IMG/VR virus record: IMGVR_UViG_3300021424_000003
Span: 1-64,000 of that record
Source of the DNA: a virus
Length of the DNA: 64,000 nt
Strand: one strand, 5' to 3'
A program made the translations under genes and the position numbers. Shown in pieces: positions 56,601 through 64,000 of the stretch (its first letter is position 1; every line of letters begins with the position of its first letter). The notes beneath the pieces are model-generated. The model saw only the letters and a program-made list of their open reading frames with translations, ran no database searches and had not been told where the DNA came from.

Positions 56601-59600
56601 AGCAAGACGCTTCATAGAGACATTTGACAGATTGATAGATGAGGAAATTAGACCTGGCGACCCAGATTTCTTCCTCGATATAGATAACTACAACAAAGAC
56701 AACAAAATATCCCTGGATGATGACCTTGACTCCGCTATATCTAAGGCTGTTCAGTCAAGAAAAGATAGAGAGAACGACCCATACGACTATGGCAGTCTCC
56801 TGTCATCAGTTCTTTCCGACAGGTCATTAAACCTTTTTGGTGATGGAGAATCAAGATTCTCTTCCGGAAGAAACAAAGCAGAAAGACGCCAATCTGTCAA
56901 GAGAGTCATGGCAGAAGATATGGCCGATAGAGAGGTCAATCTAGGAATACTTTCTCGCCGCATGAAGGGTGAAACCCTGGACGAAGTAGGTAGAGCATAC
57001 GGAATAGACAGGGGAACAGTCCGCCAAATGGAGATGCGCGAGATGAAGCGTCTCAGGGATGGAGCAACACCAAGCGAAATACTTGCCTACAGAATGACAG
57101 GCCTCACACTCGACGATATGGGCAGAATGCTCGGCATGTCCCGTGAAGAGGTTAGAAGAATCGAGTCTAGAGAAATAGCACGGATGAGACTCGGCGGTCG
57201 CGACGGAAGCGACGCGATATTCGAGGGTCGTAAAGCTGGTCTAAGCCGCAATTCAATCAAAAAGCTAACTGGCATGTCTATGGATGACATAGCGACTAAG
57301 GAAAGAAAAGGATTTGAGAGGGCCGTAACACGAGAAGATGTCTCTCATCAGATATTTGACAAATACGTAACTAGATTCGGCGAAGACGAACTAACTGATG
57401 CGGAACTTGCGGAGGAGCTAGGGGTTAGCGAAAGAATTGTTTCCGAAGTTCGCGCGGGGGCAAAGAAAGACATACTCGATGCCCGTCGTGGCATGGACGA
57501 ACACTACAGCAGCCTTCCGGAGCCAACCGACGAAGAGCTTCAGGAGATGGCAGACTACTATGCAAATGATTTTGCTAGAGAGCAGGGTTTTGGCTCCTAT
57601 GCGGAGTATAAGGATTATGTTTCCAGTGTCGGCAGGGAAGACGATGGAGAGAGGCTGTCTTCTGGAGCAGGTAAGCGCGACCTTACATTTAGTCAAAAAG
57701 TTGGTCAAAGAGTATTTGAGGAAGCAGAAAAGATAGCCAAAGAAGACAATAGGGACATTTTCGACACCCTGGATTCGCTCGTCTTTGATAAGCGCATGGA
57801 TTCAACGAATCGTAGAAAAGATTTCGATGTAGCAGAGATGTATTCTCACATTAATTCCCTTCTTTTCCCAGAGGGTGCTAGAGAAAGCAGGAAGCGCAGA
57901 CTCTGGAGAAGAGAAAGACTCTCCTCTGGCAGAACCGGTAGAGGTCGGAAGAATCGGCGACAGGGCAAATCAAATCAGGGAGCATGGTCAGAAGAGGACC
58001 TTCAGAGATTCCGCGATAGAAATGTTCTACGCGCCAAAACTCGTCCCGGAAAGCGCAAGGATGGCCCATCAGCGGAAGAATTCTCTTCTGGACGCAAGAG
58101 AATAGATACGGCCGGTAGTTCAGCGCTGACTGGAGCATTCTACGATGCCGACAACAAAAGGCTTGTTGTCGGATTCAACAAGGGTGGGGTATATGCCTAT
58201 GACGGCGTAACCCCAGAAGACATAGAAGAGATGCACAATGCCGAAAGCAAAGGTGCAGCTATGGCTTCTATCAAGAAGAAGTACAAAGGCGTAAGACTTT
58301 CAGAAGCGGACGACAGCTTTAAGGCCACCAAACAGGGTGACGAATGGGTTGTAAATCCAGATAACGAAACGACTTACTCAATATCCGAAGACGGTGGAGA
58401 GTTCTTTGTTCTGAGAACTTCTGGAAGCTACGCACGCGATGGCGGCCAGTCTGGAGATGAGTACTACCATCCAGAGTCGTTTAAGAATATGGACTCCGCG
58501 ATGAAGTGGGTCGAGCAGGACTTCCTGCCATCAATAACTCCAGAACCGTGGGACGAAGATGACTACGATGTAGACAGGCTTTCATCTGGTGGGCCAGCTC
58601 GCGCCGCAGCCCAGATGCAATTTGATACTCGTAGAAGTAGAAAAGCGACAGAAATGACATACGACCCGCAAGACGGTCGTGTTGGAATAACTTATAACGA
58701 TGGAAAGCAGAGATTCTTCTCCGAGGTGCCTTACGAGGTTGCTAGGGCGGCAGGCAATCCATCAAAAGATATAGACAACTTCATTGATGACCTAGAGCGC
58801 GGGAAAGTGGGCAAGGAGGGCGGAAGATTTAGTTCCGGTGCAAGCTCGGTGCCTCGCACTGACTTTGATTACTCCTATCAGAAGTTCCCACCGACAGAAG
58901 AGCAGGCAGTCATTGCGGATGCGGTGGCGACTGGCGAGAACGTAATTGTAAGAGCATTCGCCGGCACTGGCAAAACTTCTACTCTTGTAATGATTGCTGA
59001 GAGACTGAAGCGTCAGGACCCAAAGAAGAAAATCGTCTACATGGCGTTCAACAAGGACATCCAGCTTGAGGCTGAGGGAAAGTTCCCTGGTAATACAGAG
59101 TCACGAACAGGCGACTCCATATCGTGGAACTGGGTCAAGCAGACAATGGGCGAAGCCTTCACGGACAGAATGAAGGGCAACCCACCAGAAAGAGTGAAGT
59201 CAAAGGGAACAAGAAACAAGGATATATCTATTCATTTCAAGATTAAACAAATGGAGCATCCGGACGGGCTAAAAGATGAGAAAACCGGAAACCCCATAGT
59301 CCTTGATGCTGTTGATGTTACAAAGCTTGTAAGAGAAGCGGTTAAAGAATTCCTTATTTCGGAAGACGATGAGATAGGCACACAGCACTTTAAGAAAATA
59401 CAGAATGTTCCACCAGCTCTTTTGGGACATGCCAAAGCTATATGGGATGACATGAACGACCCTGATGGCGTGATGAAATTGGATAACTCCGTATTCACCA
59501 AGATGTGGGCACTATCTAGGCCTCAGCTCAGTGACGGTGTCGGTCTATTCAAAGGAAAGCCATCAGTAATATTCTTTGACGAAGCTCAGGACATAAACCC

Positions 59601-62600
59601 AGTAATGGCAAAAGTCATGCGGGAACAGAACATCCAAGTTATATTTGTTGGAGATAGTTACCAGGCTATTTACGGATTCCGTGGAGCATCGGACAGTCTC
59701 GAGAAAGCGGAAGCCACATATGACTTGCCTCTCACTGGGTCATGGAGATTCGACAGCAAGATAGCTGGATACGCAAACAGATTCCTAGCGTACATGGGTT
59801 CAAAAGATAGAATTCGTGGCGTAGGAAAGCCGGGTGATGGTGTTGTTGAACCAGAGTCGATGGTTGACCCAGATGCAATTCTGACAAGAAGTAACGGTGG
59901 GGCGCTACGTGCAGTTGTTGAGCAAATAAAAAACGGAAGAATCGTAGGGACTTCGGAAAACTTCAAGAAAGACCTAACGAAATTCGCATGGCACGCAATA
60001 AGTCTCAAGGCCGATAAGCCAGTAAAAAATCCACATCCAGAACTAGAGGAATTCTCTTCATGGCAGGAGGTTACAGATGCAGCCAACGCCGAGGATGCAA
60101 GCCCTCGACTAAGAATGCTTGTACAGCTATTCAATGACACACCAAACATTATCGAGATACTGGACCAAGTCGTTGTCGGTGGCAAGCTCAGGGGGGAATC
60201 TGGTGGAGGCTCCGGCAAGAGGATTCTTCCTAGCGAAGTAACAGATGGCTTTGAGATGTCCATAGACCCAAGCAGTCTGGGTAAATGGGCAGGAGACAAA
60301 AAGACATCCGTTTTGTACAAAAATGGAAAACTGTTCTTTCAGTTGCCATACACAGCAAAAGGCTCATCTGGTGATGACAGCAAAAAGAGCTGGATTAAAG
60401 AAAACTTAGGAAAAATCAATCGCTTTGAGTATGGCAAGCCAGAAGAGACTGGCGGCAAGTTTGCAGTATTCGTAGACGCAACACCAGAACAGGCTGCAAA
60501 ACTTCTCTCCGGAATAACATCGGGTGATGCTCAGGAAGTAGACGTCATGGTAATGACGGCACACAGGTCAAAGGGTCTTGAGTTCGGAAAAGTTCAGCTT
60601 TACGGAGACTTCCCAAGACCAAGAAAGAACAAGAATACCGGTGAGATGGAGTACCCAGCTCCGGAAGAGCAAAGACTTCAGTACGTTGCATCAACTAGGG
60701 CCATACGCGAACTAGACCCAGGCCCAACTTCATGGATATATAACGAAACATCTGAAGATGACGAAAGCCCAGGCGTACCTAGTGGTTTCTCGTCTGGCGC
60801 AAAAGGTAACCCAATGCCGAGCGCCATTGGTAAGGACATGGTTCTAGAAGACGGCGGCACATACGAAGACAACATGTTTAGGGGCACGTACGTTGCCGAC
60901 TTTAATGGCGGGAAGATGGTAATCCAGCCGGCAGGCAGGGATTCGTGGGCTGTTTACAGGGCAGACTTTATGGGCGGCGAAGATGGGCCTTCTTACAACT
61001 TCAGCTATGGTCCACCAACGGACGAGTCTGAGTTCAGTTCACTCGCAGACGCATACGAGCATGTTCTCAATTATGTAAAAGACAACGACATAACGCTTGA
61101 CCAGATGGATGGAAGTCGCCGCTCAAAGGGGAGTGAGTCCTTCTCGGTGGCAAAAATCGGAAACTCCGGTTCTGGAATATCTGAAAGATTTAGCTCAGGT
61201 CGCAAGAATGCCGATAAAAGATTAAAGGCAGCTAGAAAATTTTCAAGGGGGGGAGATGCCGATGATGATGGTCGTCTGTCTTCTGGAAAGAGAGATTCTG
61301 ACGAAGGGTTCGCATCGGGCCGAATACTGTCTCGACTTCGCGGCCGAGAAGAAACCACTCAGAAAGAAGCAGATGAACTCTATAAATGGGCGGCGGAAGC
61401 AAGCAAGAAGCGTCCCGACGACGAATACTTGAGTCGCGTTGTTGGTAAGGGCTCAGAATACGGAGAAGGTCTAGACGAAAAAGACTTCGAATACATACGC
61501 CAACAACAGCTCATTGATTTTATAGTCGATAACGACCTGCACCTACGCGACCCGGAAGGAGCTGGTCGAATATTAGATATATGGACCGGTGAAAGCCGGG
61601 GAAGAATTAAAGATAAAGACTGGGAGGCCCTGTCGGAACTCCGATACCGGCGCCAACAGAGAGAGGACGACGCATTTAATCGTGAAGCATTAAAGGACGT
61701 TGCCGAATCGCAAGGCATGCCACGTGACGACCAGCAAAAACTTGCCATTTTTGCGTGGGCGGCTTCTCGATTTGGGAAATATCCACTGGTAGAAGACGTC
61801 GTGAGAGGTGGGAGAACAAACATCCCAAACAGCCTCGACGACAGAGAATGGAAATTTCTTAAAACCGAATGGCTCAACAGCGACGCTCCAGACCCACAAC
61901 CACTCAACACTAGAATGACCAATGGTGACATGGGCCCAGATAGGTATCTAGAACAAGACTATCTAGCGTACATGCGCGAGAGCGGTATGACCGGCTTGCT
62001 GGAAAAGTACCAGACGCGAGGTGGACTGACCGGCAAAGATTGGGCTTATGTAAAGAAGTTACACGACGACCTTGGCCCAAGGGGATGGCGAAATCCAAAG
62101 AGTGCCTCATACAGGGGAATAACTAGAAAAGAAAGAAGGGAAATTGACAAAAAAACTGGACGCCTGAGTGATTGGGATGTTCTGACCGAGGCACAAAGAG
62201 CTTCACTAGAGAAGCGCAAGGAAAAATTCAACCTTACAGAATCAATGGCCAACGCGCTTTCTTCAGGCCGTACCACCCCGAATAAGCCCAAACAGGATGA
62301 TGGTCGTTTGTCTTCTGGCGGTGACCCTACTCCTGAACAGATTGAAGCGGAAGACAGAGAAAATAGGGCTGACTTCTACAAGAACAGCTCTGGTCTTTAT
62401 GAAAATGAACTTGCCGAATGGCTGGATGCAAATCCAAGCAAGACAGAAAAAGACTATGAGTCAAGCCCTGAATTTGCAGAGAGACTTGACGATATGGACA
62501 GCATCATGGGCGATTTCGCCGATGCTGAGGCAGAACGTCGTCTAGATGATTATGCAAATCGCATGTCGTCCGGGGGAAAGCCACCCCGTTATCCACGACC

Positions 62601-64000
62601 CCCCACGCTCGGAGCGTTTCTCGGTTCTACGGATGACTTATTCAAAAATGTAGATTCATGGGAAGATTTCAGGAATATATACAACGACCAAGAAATCATA
62701 TTTTTTGATTACGAAACTACCGGTTTAGTATTTGATGAATTCGGCAGAGCGACTAGCAACGGAGCACCAGTTCAGTTTGGTGCAGTAAAAATTAAAAACG
62801 GCAAAGAAATAGGCCGAATAAACCTATTCATGAACCCCGGCGAGTCGCTCGGAGAATGGTCGCGAAACAATCTCAAAGACATAGACGGAAATCCACTAAC
62901 AGATGACTGGCTTGGTGGACAGATTTCCGTTGAAGATGCTCACAAACAGCTAATCGAGTTCGCTGGGGCTGATGCAATATTCGGAGTTCAAAATGCAACG
63001 TTTGATAAAGCTGTTTTGGACGATGTGTTATCAAAAATGAAATCGGACTGGAGGCCGTCAGGCTACATAGATACACGAGAGCTCGCAAGCCTTGTGCTCC
63101 CCAGATGGACACCAGAAACAGAAGATGGGCCATTTCAGACAAACAAAGATGGTGAAAAGGTCCCTTCCTCAAGTCTTGCCGCAATTACTGAATATCTTGA
63201 CGTTGAGCTTGGAGATGGCCACCACAACGCAGATGTTGATGCTTTCGCAGCAAGCGAAGTAATGAGAAAAATGATTGATGGGGCAATCGAAAATGATTGG
63301 TCGCGAGATGCCCTATCAAAAGAAAAACGTGATTCTCGTCATGCGGAAACGATTGCAAAATTTGAAGAGAGCGTTCGGCAATTTGAGTCAGAATTAAGCC
63401 AGTATGGTCTATCTTCTGGGCGCCGCCAGCGGCCATCTGATGAGGAGATTTATAACCTCAGAATGTCTGGCCCAACCCTAGAGGAAGTCGGGGAGAAGTA
63501 TGGAATGACGCGCCAAGAAGTGCGCGCTGCAGAAATGCGCCATATCAGGAAAATGCGTGATGCCGACTTTGAGGCAACTGGGGCACAGACATCTAGAAGA
63601 GAGCGTCGTCTATCTTCTGGAGGGAGACCCACACGCGCCGGTTCAGCAAAACAAAGAGGGAAAGTAGTCCTCACAAGCCAAGAACCAGGCGGTAAGTGGA
63701 CTGACGTACCAGAAAACCAACTAAGTCGAAAAGACGATTTCTTTGACAATGAAACAGCTTCAAGAATATTGGATAACCCACTAGAGAATTACAACGACCA
63801 AACCGGCTGGCCAGTAGCTGCTAGGGATTTCTTCCAAAGCCTAGTTTTGCAGCAAGAAGGAAGAGACATTCCTGTAATGGATGAAGATGGAAGGTTCACG
63901 CCTGAAGGACGCAACCAAGTCAAGAAGATGCTTTTCGGCTCTAATGAAGCAAGGGAAAAATTCCTAGACCAAATAGAGTCAGGCGATGTATCTCATATGC
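53158..64000 (+). CDS. Giant prohead-protease-led polyprotein (at least 3614 aa; runs off the window; absent from ORF track)
   Basis: ATG 53158 after AAGGAG; codon-by-codon translation found no stop up to 64000. Confidence 0.9.
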   Translation, partial: MSKSFVNPEIQYKAATQGAINLDEARGIVECFVAGIGNKDSVGDVCAPGAFAKSLLRRKPRVVWGHNWNDPIGKVLEIYEVPANDPRLPSKMRAAGIGGLYAKVQFNLMSEKGKEAFASVAFFGEEQEWSIGYKTINAKFDQQMQANVLFEVELYEVSPVLHGANQLTGTISVKSDENNATAVMERAVSSIANADSENSPELKEVLYALRNIASMISDNEKHEYGMPSVMPSANRQPIPSMPSPAPSTAPRSVVKPTRPSIPENPMVVALRRELVARTGSNIIVRSAGDNVVVFDRIMSDGSSCTYRLAYHYADGEFMFGKPEKVNAQTVYTPETPGAPGDAYWGDDYSETPKSLQSGDFWSAGFYSELTSQPDTSNALMEVIESLQHLINEKSEYVIPVEPAEAFELRQMIDPVLEYYNADARVTEEGIVVKSAHNPELIEALDVATKSVLGKIRRGIGAGRRLDAPNIGGGKGRSRAARAIGAATGGVAGNLDPSKISLNDPDGDGWAREGSRNPVWVGFKKAVEKIAGSVGRKKKPSKDKQRARSAVNADKPGPPRVRSGAPWDAPLTPAPPRPSRVTLTDDAGARLRELGKERARELGFDRNIDPVLPRPRKKLTNQVSAAPRPGEGRSRASGESIANAIRRSKSAPNPVLGQEMANDVAKFGYPEEMSTDDLVRTVGKFRGEIAKARENLEKIQADRDSGKKVSSSEIGKARQSVDSLRQRASVYSSEISKRDKIKGSDRFSSGKAITPEDRRKRRHAPLGTTGEFDLPDEVATRNKHEEFVAEFRKNNGFWLDIPREGTVASMNTSEEWQRAREIATNVGILEWQENERNRRPKGFSEKARSSMDYLTWFGGYTKRLGDYLDREESSENVTDDELAGARAAVLDALAFRMATPTGPESQNTLAAMLADAGFGPNGKHEKAFGGRKKSSVVGFSSGRGNRVDTRVLDQLMNDGKEVSDDDVKAILMPNAGILMHPEYNDRTGEVSLGWKNVLESSLEDRSFNRGSQRAMIRLDDEGYQKFTEALEAANGELTPSDGLPSSSRSVRDREYPYSWGKSRMGAFSSGRKYPPEIEDELVFDSELGGNRAADRINTENVDMEIVPSSDIGLDGPDDGAWTVVGMYRGEDYGSVDYIYELDTFDSVEEARRFIETFDRLIDEEIRPGDPDFFLDIDNYNKDNKISLDDDLDSAISKAVQSRKDRENDPYDYGSLLSSVLSDRSLNLFGDGESRFSSGRNKAERRQSVKRVMAEDMADREVNLGILSRRMKGETLDEVGRAYGIDRGTVRQMEMREMKRLRDGATPSEILAYRMTGLTLDDMGRMLGMSREEVRRIESREIARMRLGGRDGSDAIFEGRKAGLSRNSIKKLTGMSMDDIATKERKGFERAVTREDVSHQIFDKYVTRFGEDELTDAELAEELGVSERIVSEVRAGAKKDILDARRGMDEHYSSLPEPTDEELQEMADYYANDFAREQGFGSYAEYKDYVSSVGREDDGERLSSGAGKRDLTFSQKVGQRVFEEAEKIAKEDNRDIFDTLDSLVFDKRMDSTNRRKDFDVAEMYSHINSLLFPEGARESRKRRLWRRERLSSGRTGRGRKNRRQGKSNQGAWSEEDLQRFRDRNVLRAKTRPGKRKDGPSAEEFSSGRKRIDTAGSSALTGAFYDADNKRLVVGFNKGGVYAYDGVTPEDIEEMHNAESKGAAMASIKKKYKGVRLSEADDSFKATKQGDEWVVNPDNETTYSISEDGGEFFVLRTSGSYARDGGQSGDEYYHPESFKNMDSAMKWVEQDFLPSITPEPWDEDDYDVDRLSSGGPARAAAQMQFDTRRSRKATEMTYDPQDGRVGITYNDGKQRFFSEVPYEVARAAGNPSKDIDNFIDDLERGKVGKEGGRFSSGASSVPRTDFDYSYQKFPPTEEQAVIADAVATGENVIVRAFAGTGKTSTLVMIAERLKRQDPKKKIVYMAFNKDIQLEAEGKFPGNTESRTGDSISWNWVKQTMGEAFTDRMKGNPPERVKSKGTRNKDISIHFKIKQMEHPDGLKDEKTGNPIVLDAVDVTKLVREAVKEFLISEDDEIGTQHFKKIQNVPPALLGHAKAIWDDMNDPDGVMKLDNSVFTKMWALSRPQLSDGVGLFKGKPSVIFFDEAQDINPVMAKVMREQNIQVIFVGDSYQAIYGFRGASDSLEKAEATYDLPLTGSWRFDSKIAGYANRFLAYMGSKDRIRGVGKPGDGVVEPESMVDPDAILTRSNGGALRAVVEQIKNGRIVGTSENFKKDLTKFAWHAISLKADKPVKNPHPELEEFSSWQEVTDAANAEDASPRLRMLVQLFNDTPNIIEILDQVVVGGKLRGESGGGSGKRILPSEVTDGFEMSIDPSSLGKWAGDKKTSVLYKNGKLFFQLPYTAKGSSGDDSKKSWIKENLGKINRFEYGKPEETGGKFAVFVDATPEQAAKLLSGITSGDAQEVDVMVMTAHRSKGLEFGKVQLYGDFPRPRKNKNTGEMEYPAPEEQRLQYVASTRAIRELDPGPTSWIYNETSEDDESPGVPSGFSSGAKGNPMPSAIGKDMVLEDGGTYEDNMFRGTYVADFNGGKMVIQPAGRDSWAVYRADFMGGEDGPSYNFSYGPPTDESEFSSLADAYEHVLNYVKDNDITLDQMDGSRRSKGSESFSVAKIGNSGSGISERFSSGRKNADKRLKAARKFSRGGDADDDGRLSSGKRDSDEGFASGRILSRLRGREETTQKEADELYKWAAEASKKRPDDEYLSRVVGKGSEYGEGLDEKDFEYIRQQQLIDFIVDNDLHLRDPEGAGRILDIWTGESRGRIKDKDWEALSELRYRRQQREDDAFNREALKDVAESQGMPRDDQQKLAIFAWAASRFGKYPLVEDVVRGGRTNIPNSLDDREWKFLKTEWLNSDAPDPQPLNTRMTNGDMGPDRYLEQDYLAYMRESGMTGLLEKYQTRGGLTGKDWAYVKKLHDDLGPRGWRNPKSASYRGITRKERREIDKKTGRLSDWDVLTEAQRASLEKRKEKFNLTESMANALSSGRTTPNKPKQDDGRLSSGGDPTPEQIEAEDRENRADFYKNSSGLYENELAEWLDANPSKTEKDYESSPEFAERLDDMDSIMGDFADAEAERRLDDYANRMSSGGKPPRYPRPPTLGAFLGSTDDLFKNVDSWEDFRNIYNDQEIIFFDYETTGLVFDEFGRATSNGAPVQFGAVKIKNGKEIGRINLFMNPGESLGEWSRNNLKDIDGNPLTDDWLGGQISVEDAHKQLIEFAGADAIFGVQNATFDKAVLDDVLSKMKSDWRPSGYIDTRELASLVLPRWTPETEDGPFQTNKDGEKVPSSSLAAITEYLDVELGDGHHNADVDAFAASEVMRKMIDGAIENDWSRDALSKEKRDSRHAETIAKFEESVRQFESELSQYGLSSGRRQRPSDEEIYNLRMSGPTLEEVGEKYGMTRQEVRAAEMRHIRKMRDADFEATGAQTSRRERRLSSGGRPTRAGSAKQRGKVVLTSQEPGGKWTDVPENQLSRKDDFFDNETASRILDNPLENYNDQTGWPVAARDFFQSLVLQQEGRDIPVMDEDGRFTPEGRNQVKKMLFGSNEAREKFLDQIESGDVSHM
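56870..57480 (+). other. Domain: 3-4 tandem sigma70-region-4-like HTHs
   Basis: TLDEVGRAYGIDRGTVRQMEMREMKRLR; TLDDMGRMLGMSREEVRRIESREIARMR; TDAELAEELGVSERIV. Confidence 0.75.
58093..58290 (+). other. Domain: KTSC (copy 1)
   Basis: SSALTGAFYDADNKRLVVGFNKGGVYAYDGV.......NAESKG. Confidence 0.8.
58591..58824 (+). other. Domain: divergent KTSC-like (copy 2)
   Basis: MTYDPQDGRVGITYNDGKQRFFSEVPYEV. Confidence 0.55.
58840..60783 (+). other. Domain: UvrD/Rep-like SF1 helicase
   Basis: PTEEQ, AFAGTGKTS, YMAFNK, DEAQD, VGDSYQAIYGFRGA, LTGSWRF, TAHRSKGLEF, EEQRLQYVASTRA. Confidence 0.92.
62575..63405 (+). other. Domain: DEDDh (DnaQ-like) 3'-5' exonuclease
   Basis: FFDYETTG (ExoI), QNATFD (ExoII), HNADVD (ExoIII). 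Confidence 0.88.
63421..63606 (+). other. Domain: single sigma70-region-4-like HTH
   Basis: IYNLRMSGPTLEEVGEKYGMTRQEVRAAEMRHIRKMR. Confidence 0.75.

Noticed and set aside
60180-60520. Insertion in the helicase considered as a possible intein
   Set aside because: No N-terminal Cys block, no His-Asn C-terminus and no LAGLIDADG motifs.
60049-61044. Near-motifs EFSSW (60049), KGSSG (60358) and EFSSL (61030)
   Set aside because: They lack the terminal Gly or the hydrophobic residue and lie inside domains, so they were not counted as SSG sites.
53156-63749. Many short ORF-track entries (mostly - strand) suggesting a fragmented or non-coding region
   Set aside because: They are antisense or off-frame shadows of the single giant + strand ORF starting at 53158.
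1-64000. tRNA/rRNA genes, transposons or stop-codon reassignment
   Set aside because: No cloverleaf or transposase recognised by eye. Genes are full-length under the standard code and use TAA, TAG and TGA as stops.

Overview
This window is a 64-kb piece of a large tailed dsDNA phage with a contractile (myovirus-type) tail. The host is probably a freshwater actinobacterium, inferred from an r1t-type holin, extended -10/leaderless promoters and a possible Ms1-like RNA. From 0.4 to 15.7 kb (+) is an expanded, modular array of tail-fibre/receptor-binding genes with small chaperones and repeated junction sequences. From 15.8 to 20.5 kb (+) is a 2OG-Fe(II) oxygenase / flavin-dependent halogenase cluster. 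From 20.6 to 42.3 kb (-) lie Gly/His-rich adhesins, baseplate, tape measure, a frameshifted tail chaperone, tube, sheath and neck genes. From 42.3 to 50.7 kb (-) lie ParB/PAPS-reductase genes, RuvC, a structured ncRNA, HNH, a RecB-like nuclease, Rad52 and the large terminase. From 50.8 kb (+) come the portal and the key feature, which the ORF track misses because it has no stop codon in the window: one uninterrupted reading frame from 53158 to the window end (at least 3614 aa, hand-translated). It starts with an HK97-type prohead protease and carries a string of cargo modules: sigma70-region-4-like HTHs, KTSC domains, a complete UvrD/SF1 helicase, a DEDDh exonuclease and unknown acidic domains. 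These modules are separated by 17 copies of a [R/G/A/E]-[F/L/M]-S-S-G peptide that falls between domains and never inside the recognisable ones. This looks like a self-processing, capsid-packaged polyprotein. All calls come from reading motifs by eye; no database searches were run.
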